A DNA stretch of 62,886 nt, the filler included, from Thraustochytrium aureum (taxonomy: Eukaryota), in NCBI GenBank assembly GCA_012862495.1. It is 4 parts of 2 records of this genome, joined end to end, with 100 filler letters (N's around TTAATTAATTAA, not from the genome) between each part and the next. Parts side by side here need not be neighbours in the genome. Positions count along the whole stretch, not along the records: positions 1 to 27,268 come from BLSG01000178.1; 3 more parts are not named here. One strand, given 5' to 3'. Within the stretch, counting starts at the first letter, position 1, and every line of letters begins with the position of its first letter. Positions 1 through 9,200 of the stretch are shown in pieces. The position numbers and the translations under genes were made by a program. Under the pieces are notes generated by a model. That model made no database searches, had not been told where the DNA came from, and saw only the letters and a list, made by a program, of their open reading frames with translations.

Positions 1-2
1 TT

Positions 3-986
3 ACTCTTGCGCTGAGCAGCGTCGTGCTGTTCGCGATGGTGACTGTGCTTACTGATGCGGTTTCGAGCTGGTGGTGCCGGATGCACGGGGTCTTGATCTA
101 CCTCTCGGCCGTGCTGGCGGCGGTGCACCTTGCTGCACTTGCAGCGACGATGTGGCTCACGATTGTGGCCGAGGTGCCTGAGCCGCGCATCATTCTCGCT
201 GTGCGCAGGGCCACGCCGATCGCCGTCTCTGTGGCACTCTTTGCGGCCTTTATTGTATCCGTGGGCGGGTCGTTCGAGCAGCAGACCCTTTTCTGCTTTC
301 TGTACCATCCCGCACCACTTGCGCTCGTGTTGTACCAGATCCCGCTCTTTCTGCTCTGCGTTACAGCCACCTTTTGCTCCGGCCACGCGGGACTCACTCT
401 TCTCCGCGCCCAGCCTCTATCGCTGCAAAGCTTGCTGCGGAGCGGTGGAACGTCCAGCTCGCCGTTGTCCTCAGGAATGTTCAAGACTGGGCCTGCGACC
501 AGCCCCTCGGCGGCGCGCCACCCGCCTGGAGGCGAGCAGGGGTCGGCGTTATCGTTCAACAACGACACCTTCTCCGCGTCGCAACAAGAGTTCGTCGCGA
601 CGAGCAACCGGTTTGAGGACCTCAGCACGGGGGCCATTGCGCTGCAATTGGGCGACTCGGACGCGATCGTCAGATTTTCGCAGATTCAGGCCAAGGCGAC
701 CCTTGCTGCGTTCGCTCTGGCGGTTGGCGGCACCGCGGCGGCGCTGAACATGATGCTTCAAGGGGCGCCGGAAGATCACTACTACCAAGGCGCTCAAGCG
801 GAGGAGGGGAACGGGGTCGTGATTCACGAGTCACAGCTTGGCTGGGCCGTGTTCTATCTTTCTGCGGTAGGCATCTTTCTCTTTTCAGCACTCGCGACGG
901 ACCGCTCGCTCTGGGAGATGCACGAAAAGTTTCAGCGCCCGGGCCCCGTTGGGGCGAGAGCAAGAGGGCGTCACCCTGTAGGGTAA
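3..986 (+). CDS. Multi-pass membrane protein, GPCR-like (5' partial)
   Basis: Frame is open from the window start. Several hydrophobic helices, Cys at the top of a TM3-like helix (WWCRMHG) and in an ECL2-like loop (LFCFL), and a long Ser-rich loop before the last two helices. Confidence 0.55.
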   Translation, partial: TLALSSVVLFAMVTVLTDAVSSWWCRMHGVLIYLSAVLAAVHLAALAATMWLTIVAEVPEPRIILAVRRATPIAVSVALFAAFIVSVGGSFEQQTLFCFLYHPAPLALVLYQIPLFLLCVTATFCSGHAGLTLLRAQPLSLQSLLRSGGTSSSPLSSGMFKTGPATSPSAARHPPGGEQGSALSFNNDTFSASQQEFVATSNRFEDLSTGAIALQLGDSDAIVRFSQIQAKATLAAFALAVGGTAAALNMMLQGAPEDHYYQGAQAEEGNGVVIHESQLGWAVFYLSAVGIFLFSALATDRSLWEMHEKFQRPGPVGARARGRHPVG

Positions 987-1125
987 GGTCGAGTGAGTGT
1001 AAATGAAGAAATTGTGACCCGACCTTGCCTCTGGCGGGCAAGGCAGGAGGCCGGAGGGGCTGGACGTTAGAGTACTACCCTAGGCCTGTCGACCCTGCGC
1101 CTTGATTGCTCTCCTCGGCGACCGC

Positions 1126-2892
1126 TCACTCGCGCGGGCTGAACAGGGACGGCGTCCACGACATGTAGCCAGTGTACGGGTTGTGGAAAAATGTGCAGCC
1201 CGTCCCGCTGTCGACGTTCACCGACACGATTTGAGCAGCAAGCTGCCTCGCCTCCTCCTGCGCAGCTACCGTCCGAGCAAACCGTTGCAAGACCGCCGCC
1301 GCCGAGAGGGAGCCCTTCGCGACCTGGCGAACCCGGCGCCGCACCCCAGACGCAGCAACGACGGATCCAACAAATGCTGCTACGTCGTGGTAGGTCGAGC
1401 GCTGGACACCTCCGTTTCGAGTTGGCGGCGGCGCGCTCGCAGGCGTTGCGCCGACCTCGAGAGCGCGAAACTGGGGCGGGCGCTCGAAGATTCGGCGCCC
1501 CTTCAGNNNNNNNNNNNNNNNNNNNNNNNNNNNNNNNNNNNNNNNNNNNNNNNNNNNNNNNNNNNNNNNNNNNNNNNNNNNNNNNNNNNNNNNNNNNNNN
1601 NNNNNNNNNNNNNNNNNNNNNNNNNNNNNNNNNNNNNNNNNNNNNNNNNNNNNNNNNNNNNNNNNNNNNNNNNNNNNNNNNNNNNNNNNNNNNNNNNNNN
1701 NNNNNNNNNNNNNNNNNNNNNNNNNNNNNNNGACGACGTGGCGCTGTCCTATGCCAGCTGTGCCCACAGACATGACCGTCTCTGTTTCGGCAACAACTTG
1801 CCCAAATAGCTGCTGGTGCTGGTTTTGGTGCTGGCGCTGGTGCTGGTTCGTTTGTAGGTGCTGCTCTGGCCAGTGCTCTTGCATGTCGCTGTCCGCCTGG
1901 AGCTCGGCAGCCCATTCGCGCACCGGGTCTAGCTCGGGCTGCGTTTGGCAAAAGTCTTGGGCCTGATTCCCATGCGCGCCGCACGCGTACCCGTTAGCTT
2001 GCCACTCTTCCTCGCCCCGCTGGTTCCGTGCCGGCTCGATGCTGCTGCCTGCCGAAGCTGCGTGTCCCTCGGCTGCGGCGTGGTGGCATTGGCCAGTCTC
2101 CGGCTGTGCGCACGTCTCTAGCTCGGGACTCTGCTCCGAAAGAGCGACCTGGCCGGGCGCTCGCAGCACGTGAGACACGTGGTCTAGAAAGTCAGCTTGG
2201 CACAACCTCAAGGCATCAAACGGCTCGCGCAGAACCTGAGCGCGACGCGCATGCAACGCCTCGAGGTCCTGCAGCAGGCCGACGAAGTGCTGCTCGAGTG
2301 CTGCTGCGCGTGCGCCGAGCTCGCGCTCTGCCGCTTGAAGCTTGCTCGGGTCGCACGCGCGGTCGATTCTCAGTTTGTTGGTTCTGCGGCGGTGCTCGTA
2401 GTATGACGATTTGTACGTGGCGAGGGCCTTGTGCCTCGCACGGAGGTCCTTGAACTGCTTGAGGCGGTCGCCCATCGGTCCCAGTAGATGGTGCCGTATC
2501 CCTTGGTTGACAATGTCTTCGCAGGGCATCGTCCCGCGCATACGCAGAGCGTCCGTCTCGAGACTGCGCACGTTTGCATTCTCCTCCAAGGAGCTGCAAA
2601 ACGTGAGCACTTCTGCCGTCATTTGGTCGATGCCTTCCTGCACGAGCCCGCTCACTTCCAAAAACGCGGTGCACGTCTTCCAATACTTGCCGAGCGCCTC
2701 CTCCATTCCTTCAAACTCTGCAAAGAGGACTTTGAGCCTTTCCTGCGCCTGCTCGTCGCCGCGCGCCGCGCCATCGTCCCCAGCCATGTCCTGCTGCAGG
2801 TCGTGATGTTGGCATCCTTCAAAGCGGCCTTCGCTAGCCGCACCATCCTCTCCGCTTCCCAACTGGCGCAGCTTGCGGAGCAGCGAGGCCAT
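1126..2892 (-). CDS. BAR-like coiled-coil protein with IQ-like motif and C-terminal WW-like domain (internal gap)
   Basis: N-terminal ~240 aa helical BAR-like region, Q/H-rich linker, AAAVLQRFAR (IQ-like) and VDSGTGCTFFHNPYTGYMSWTP (WW-like). Spans an N gap at 1507-1731. Confidence 0.6.
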   Translation of the reverse strand: MASLLRKLRQLGSGEDGAASEGRFEGCQHHDLQQDMAGDDGAARGDEQAQERLKVLFAEFEGMEEALGKYWKTCTAFLEVSGLVQEGIDQMTAEVLTFCSSLEENANVRSLETDALRMRGTMPCEDIVNQGIRHHLLGPMGDRLKQFKDLRARHKALATYKSSYYEHRRRTNKLRIDRACDPSKLQAAERELGARAAALEQHFVGLLQDLEALHARRAQVLREPFDALRLCQADFLDHVSHVLRAPGQVALSEQSPELETCAQPETGQCHHAAAEGHAASAGSSIEPARNQRGEEEWQANGYACGAHGNQAQDFCQTQPELDPVREWAAELQADSDMQEHWPEQHLQTNQHQRQHQNQHQQLFGQVVAETETVMSVGTAGIGQRHVVXXXXXXXXXXXXXXXXXXXXXXXXXXXXXXXXXXXXXXXXXXXXXXXXXXXXXXXXXXXXXXXXXXXXXXXXXXXLKGRRIFERPPQFRALEVGATPASAPPPTRNGGVQRSTYHDVAAFVGSVVAASGVRRRVRQVAKGSLSAAAVLQRFARTVAAQEEARQLAAQIVSVNVDSGTGCTFFHNPYTGYMSWTPSLFSPRE

Positions 2893-3477
2893 CTCGATGC
2901 TTCTCCGCCGCGGCCGGCCTCGTCGTGTTTCGCGCGCTCAAGCGGGTCTCGAGCCGACGACCAAATCGTAGACTGAAACGGAGAGCTTACAGCGTATCGG
3001 CAACGCAATCGCTCAAACGCTGGCAGCGGCTCGAGCGAGCGCTGCTCGCCACCAACTCTGTCGCGCGCTCTGTCGAGGTATGAACGCACGCATTCATGAC
3101 TGCCCGAGGTGGAGGAGACGTTGAATGAAAAATAGGTCCGTTGGGGCCGTTGAACGGTGCCCAGATGCATCATTGCGCGAGCAGGACGCGACCGCTGCAG
3201 CGGTGCGCGAGGCCACCTGATAGCCCTGGTGAACAGTTGGTCATTGCGGCTGCGCGGGTTTGCGGCGCTGGACTAGCAAGAGGTCGCCGACTTGGCAACG
3301 TATGACGGGCCGCCGCGAGCTCGATTGAGTGAAGCCTGAGAGGACCGGGCGGAGACAGTGAATCAGTTCGTGCGCCTGGATCATTGCCTGTTTGGATAGC
3401 CAACTGCCTGGCTGCCTGGCTGCTGAGTCCTTGTGGCGCAGACCCGGCGAGCCGAGCGGCCGGCTCGCCTTCAGAGC

Positions 3478-4506
3478 ATGGCCGAGGATGGCGACGTACC
3501 CGGGTGCCCTGAGGGCGCTGCAGCAGATCAAGCAAATGAGCACAACACCTTTGGATCTGCTAGCGAAGAGGAGAGCGCGCATGGGTTAGCCTTGGGCCCG
3601 GAGGCCGTCGAGGCGGACGACTCGATAGAGAGCAAAATCACTGATATCGAGGAAAGCCGCACCGACGCAAATCCGCTTGACTATGAGACCTTGCGCGCGC
3701 TCGAAGAGGCCAAGCGGATTAAACTGGAGCAGGAGGCGCTCGAGCGTGAGCGCCAGATCGAGGTGGCGCGCGCCGCCGTCGACGAAGACGAGCAGGACTC
3801 TGCCGAGGAGCGAGCAGAGCGCGACGAAGCGAGAAAGTTATTGCAAGAATTCGACGGGGATGAGTTTGCCGCTGTGAGACTCGATGACCAGGACACGTTA
3901 CGGGCATTCTTCCTCGTCACCGGGTCGCGCCGTATGCTCGCCCTACGCAGCCGCTCCCGCAACGAGGCTGGCCGCACGCTGCTGCATTCGGCGGCGTTCT
4001 GGGGATCAATCAAGTGCGTCAAACTTTTGCTCAAACTCGGGGCCAACCCCGTCGCAATCGACTCGGCATACAGTCGTGTCACGCCCCTGTTGGAGGCTGC
4101 GCGCGCGGGCCACCTCCTTGTCTGCAAGCGCCTCCTCGAGGCCGGCGCAAGCCTTGCCGAGCAGGACCAGCACGGAGACTCTGCCCTGCACTGGTGCGCA
4201 AGGAAAGGGCGCGGAATGACGATTCGCAATTTGCTCGCCCTCGCCGAGAAGTCAAGGCCCGGGTCAGCGCTGGAAGTTCTCCGGCTTGAGAACATTCGCG
4301 GCAAGACTTGCATTGACATCGCTGCCAATGAGAGCGTTGCACACTTGATCAACCGCGAGGTTCAGCGCTCGCAGGCGAGCCACGACGCCGCAGCAGGCCG
4401 TCTGAGGAAGGGCCTCGCAAAGGCCAAGTTGGTCGGTAGTAACGTGGGAAACTCTGTGCAGCAAGCCCGCGTGCAGCGGCTCCGATACAGCAACAAGCAG
4501 ACCTAA
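3478..4506 (+). CDS. Ankyrin repeat protein
   Basis: GRTLLHSAA, VTPLLEAARAGH, GDSALHWCARKG and GKTCIDIA ankyrin motifs after an acidic coiled-coil N-terminus. First ATG at 3478. Confidence 0.85.
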   Translation: MAEDGDVPGCPEGAAADQANEHNTFGSASEEESAHGLALGPEAVEADDSIESKITDIEESRTDANPLDYETLRALEEAKRIKLEQEALERERQIEVARAAVDEDEQDSAEERAERDEARKLLQEFDGDEFAAVRLDDQDTLRAFFLVTGSRRMLALRSRSRNEAGRTLLHSAAFWGSIKCVKLLLKLGANPVAIDSAYSRVTPLLEAARAGHLLVCKRLLEAGASLAEQDQHGDSALHWCARKGRGMTIRNLLALAEKSRPGSALEVLRLENIRGKTCIDIAANESVAHLINREVQRSQASHDAAAGRLRKGLAKAKLVGSNVGNSVQQARVQRLRYSNKQT

Positions 4507-4840
4507 GAATGCCGATGTCGAACGGCTCCGCGTTTTGCTGCGCCCAAGCGAACTCACTATTTTGCTCGAAAATTAGAAGGAGAGGGAGCCTGACGCAAGG
4601 GCATTCGCAACAACTTGAACGTCACAACGTGCCTCTTTTCGTGATCAAGCGAGTCTTCGTCACCATCAAAGTTGATTTGATGATCCGAGTCCATGATGTT
4701 GCTGGAGCTTTGGAAAAGAGGCTCAAGCGGGATTCGGCTGCCTCCTTAGGCAGCCAGTGACTTGATGATCCATGGCGTTACCTCAGCTACTGAAAGCGCT
4801 CTAGAGTGGTTCTGGTGCCTCCTCTAGCCGCCTGTGGCGA

Positions 4841-4986
4841 GACGTCTCTGCGCGCGAGGGAGGCCGCATGCTGAAGATCCCCCAGTCCAGTCCCGTAGGA
4901 ACCGGACCAACAACCAAACTCTGAAGGGGGAGAAGACACTGATGAGTAATGGTCTTTCGATGTTGACAGCGATTGAACGAAATGGC
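4841..4986 (-). pseudogene. Decayed coding-repeat fragment, copy A (homologous to 16280-16425)
   Basis: 4841-4907 matches 16280-16346 at 59/67 nt by manual alignment. Minus-strand peptide SGSYGTGLGDLQHAASLARRDV, with a frameshift upstream. Runs into a gap. Confidence 0.6.
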
Positions 4987-5643
4987 NNNNNNNNNNNNNN
5001 NNNNNNNNNNNNNNNNNNNNNNNNNNNNNNNNNNNNNNNNNNNNNNNNNNNNNNNNNNNNNNNNNNNNNNNNNNNNNNNNNNNNNNNNNNNNNNNNNNNN
5101 NNNNNNNNNNNNNNNNNNNNNNNNNNNNNNNNNNNNNNNNNNNNNNNNNNNNNNNNNNNNNNNNNNNNNNNNNNNNNNNNNNNNNNNNNNNNNNNNNNNN
5201 NNNNNNNNNNNNNNNNNNNNNNNNNNNNNNNNNNNNNNNNNNNNNNNNNNNNNNNNNNNNNNNNNNNNNNNNNNNNNNNNNNNNNNNNNNNNNNNNNNNN
5301 NNNNNNNNNNNNNNNNNNNNNNNNNNNNNNNNNNNNNNNNNNNNNNNNNNNNNNNNNNNNNNNNNNNNNNNNNNNNNNNNNNNNNNNNNNNNNNNNNNNN
5401 NNNNNNNNNNNNNNNNNNNNNNNNNNNNNNNNNNNNNNNNNNNNNNNNNNNNNNNNNNNNNNNNNNNNNNNNNNNNNNNNNNNCCGTGCGATTATAAACC
5501 GAGAATTGTTGCCCCAAACTGGACCTCGTGTCTTGCATTTGGTACCAGGAACAGGACTTGGTTTTCAACTACTAGAGGACTGGACAACTCGTATGTTGGA
5601 CAGTACTTACAGTACTTACCCCCCACGACTTGGCCAACGTAGT

Positions 5644-5953
5644 CTGGCGAGCCGCCGGAGTCAAGTCTGGCGAACCCGCGCGCGGCTGGCGAAGCTCGGT
5701 CACAAGCTTGGCAATCCACCCAAGTTCGGCCACCCACCTTGCAAATCTTGGCGAACTCTGGCGAAGGTAGGACCTGGACGACTCGTGCTGTGGGTGCGTT
5801 GTTGGACGGTACGAACGCCTGGCGAACCGCCGGAAGCGGTCACAGGCCTCAAACTTTGGCGAACCCACTTGCAGAAACTTTGGCGAAACCACTTGCAAAC
5901 TTTGGCGAACCCACTTGTAAACTCTGGCGAACTCTGGCGAACTCTGGCGAACT
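5644..5953 (+). repeat. Cluster of 12 same-orientation TGGCGA(A) motifs, including three ~21-23 bp AAACTTTGGCGAACCCACTTG-like units and 3x ACTCTGGCGA
   Basis: Counted directly from the sequence. Confidence 0.85.
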
Positions 5954-6281
5954 TTTGACCTCATGAGAGAGCAGTAGTAGAGTGAGTACGGAGTAGGGCC
6001 TACTCTCTACTCCACCTTCTACCACGTACGAGGACCAAGAGTACTCGAGTACTCCAATAACTACTCCAGGTCGGCGATGTGACGAGGCTCGCGAGCTGTC
6101 TTGGTCACTTGGTGACTTCTGATCTTTGGCGCATTCGAGGTGGACGTACGCTCTGGCCGCAGACCTGAAACGAGATCTGGCAAGCTGACCCGAAACAAGC
6201 AGACCCGAAACGAGCACGGCAAGCAGACCCGAAACGAGATCGAGACCCAAGCACAGCAAAGGCGCGAGTACAGCAAGGAGA

Positions 6282-9200
6282 ATGAGCGACCACAGCCCCC
6301 GCGAGGCGCGCAAGTCCGACAAGCGCAACACCGCGCGCGAGTCCAGTGAGCGCCGCAAGAGGTCCAAGTCCGAAGAGAAGAAACGCAAGAACGACCAGAA
6401 CGGCAAAGCCCAAGCCAAGAAGCCCAAGCTAAAGAGCCTGATTCAAGCCAAGGTCATCGACATCACCAAACCCGACGCACGCAAAAAGCTGGAGGAAAGC
6501 GGAGCCGCGGTCCTGGACGTTGCCTCGGCCTGCCAAGGCCTCAAGTCCCTCAACCCGCGTGCGAAAATCTCGGACGACGATATGGAGAAGAACGAAGCGC
6601 TCATCGCGATTGCCGAGTACGTCAAGGGCGCCAACGCCAGCACCGCCCTCCCGCTTCGACACTGCCAGACCCTCGTGATCGACGCGATCGAGCGGGGAAC
6701 GGTAGTGCAGCTCCTCAGCACTGCGGAGGGCACTGCCGAGGAGGAAGAGCTCCAGCTTGGCCCGCTGGCGACCACTGGTGGCGGCCTCATTCTCCCCCTG
6801 GCGACCGGGGCGGGCAAAACGCTCCTCAGTCTGTTGCTGGCCGTGCTCGTCCACGTTGGCAGCATGCCCGTCAATCTGCTTGACGGCGCGAGCACGCTGG
6901 CCGAGTACTTGTATCACGTCGTCGTCCTACAGCGCGGGGTGGGCGACCGCGTCCATGACTGCGTGCGCGCCAAAAACCGCGCCGCCCCGCTCTACAAGAC
7001 GAAGACTGGCAAGGTGCGGATGATGGAGACCTCGATCTTTTGCGGCTACAACGTCCAGCCAGCGGAGACGTTCGCCGGGTGCTTGCTCAACCTCGTGGCC
7101 GCTCTTCGAGACGAAAGGATGAGCAGGCGGCTCCACCGCGACGTTCGAATGCTGGTTCAAAAGAAGGCTGAAGAGCGCCTTAGAGAGAGCGTAGAGATCG
7201 AGATCGGGTGGACTGAGCGCAAGTTTCTCGCGCAGGCCTTCCTTTCCGGTTCGGTGGGCATCCGTATCACCAGCGGTCCTAGCTCGGGAGAGGTCCACGT
7301 GTTCAAACTGGGACTCGAGCTCTACAGCCTCCTTTGCGACGCCAAGGCGGGTGGCTCGAGCGCGGACCTGCCCGACATCCTCAAGGTCTATCCGTCCATG
7401 GCAGACACGGTGCTGATCGACAGAATTCCCTACACTCCGTTAGCCTGGATTCTCAGCAGGACGGCCACGTTTTGGGGGTCTGGCAGAGACAAGTGGAAGC
7501 CGATGTTCCCGTCCACGCACGATGGCTCCATCAACTCGACCATCGAGGATGCCCACAAAACAGTCCTCCTCATCGCCTCTGTTCCGTCCATGCGAAACCC
7601 TTGGGACAGGCTGAGCAGCGAGAGGTGGGGCAAGGCTATCCGCGACGAGGCAGACGTAGCCAACAGCGAGGTCAAGAAGACGTTCGAGTTCTTCGAGAGG
7701 CTCGACGCCGTGGTGCCAACTCGCTTCAACCTGAGCGGGACAATCGACGTCCAGAGCACACCTCAAGTTATCAGCCGCAACATCTTGGGGTCCGCCTACC
7801 CGTTCGGATTTGGCCTGCGCGACTCGGTCAAGAACGGCTACTCGTCCCTTCCCGCCATCGAGAGGTACAAAGTTCACGGAAACGCGAATGGCAACGAGCA
7901 TCAGTCGACGAGCGCTTGCTTTGCAGCGCTCTCCCATCACAACAGCGAGCTCACGACGCGCGCTTGGTTCAAGCCCGGGCCTTCCGAGAAGGAGACAGCC
8001 GTTCTCCGCGCTATGTGCCAGTCCATTCCGTACGTCGGCACGGTTAGCTTTCCCAAAAGCAGCCATGTCGAACACTTCAAAAAGTCTGCGGTCGAGTACC
8101 TTCGCGCCAAGAGCGAAGACGATTTCCCGGACGGCCCGAGGAAGGAGCTATACCACATTTTTAACAAGAACGGCCGCGGGATGTTTGCTGGGCGGCTCGA
8201 CTCGCTCGGCGGCGGCGAATGGGAGGACCAAGCCTATGTTCCACTCGCAACCGATCAGGTTCCTATCATTCCGCAGCGACTCGTGCCTCTAATCGACCTG
8301 CAGGACCAGCTCATGAGCTGGGACGACACTCTCCAAGACTGGAAAGAGCACAAGGCCAAAGACGGTAGCCGGCCCAGTGCGGAAGAGATGTTGAGCGCCG
8401 GGCCGTACAACCTGCTCATTGTGATCCACAAGAACGTGCGCGGGTTCAACGTACCGCTCATGTCCCACTTCGTCGCGATTCGCAACCACGGCGTCGCCGA
8501 GAACACCTTCGTGCAGATGCTCGGCAGGCTCACTCGCAACCCGGATCGGGCGCAGATCACAAACCACTGGGCGGTCCAGCAGTGGCGGCTGCCAGCATAC
8601 CGCGAAAAGCAGGAAGCAGACGTCACCACATACCTCGCCGGGACAGGCCACCCGTGGCGCAAACTGCTCAAGTTTATCAGTGTCTGCGACGACCCCGAGC
8701 ACCTCCTGATCGCCGCGGAAGGCCTCGCGCGCAACGGGCTTGACGCAGAGATGATTGGCGACATGATGGGCCTGCGCTTCGTGCACTGCGCGCGCTGCAA
8801 GGTGCCGCTCGAGCAGCGCTCCCCGGTGAATGAAGAGTTGGTGCTCACGTGCAAAGGCGCCAAGAATTGCGCGTCCTTCGAGCTACCTTGCTACGCAAAG
8901 TGCTTTGAGCGCGTGTCCGGGCCTTTTCGACCAGCTGAGTACATGCCCGGCCCTCTTTCACCAGCTGCTCCACGAAGCTTCTCAGACGACGACGCGTCGA
9001 CCATTGACAGCGACAGCGACATGAGGTGCGCCAGCAAGAGCACAGTGTACGCTGTCCGCGACGACCGCGACGACAGCCATGTCAGCGACGAGAGAAGCAA
9101 GGGAGATGATGGTGACTGTTCAGTCAGTGACATCAGCGAGGAGGAGGACGAAGCGGCGGAGTGGAAACCGAACAAAATCGACAAGTTCTGCGACGGAAGC

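Noticed and set aside
5644..5953. CRISPR array
   Set aside because: The repeat core is only 6-23 bp, spacers are irregular, there are no cas genes and the context is eukaryotic.
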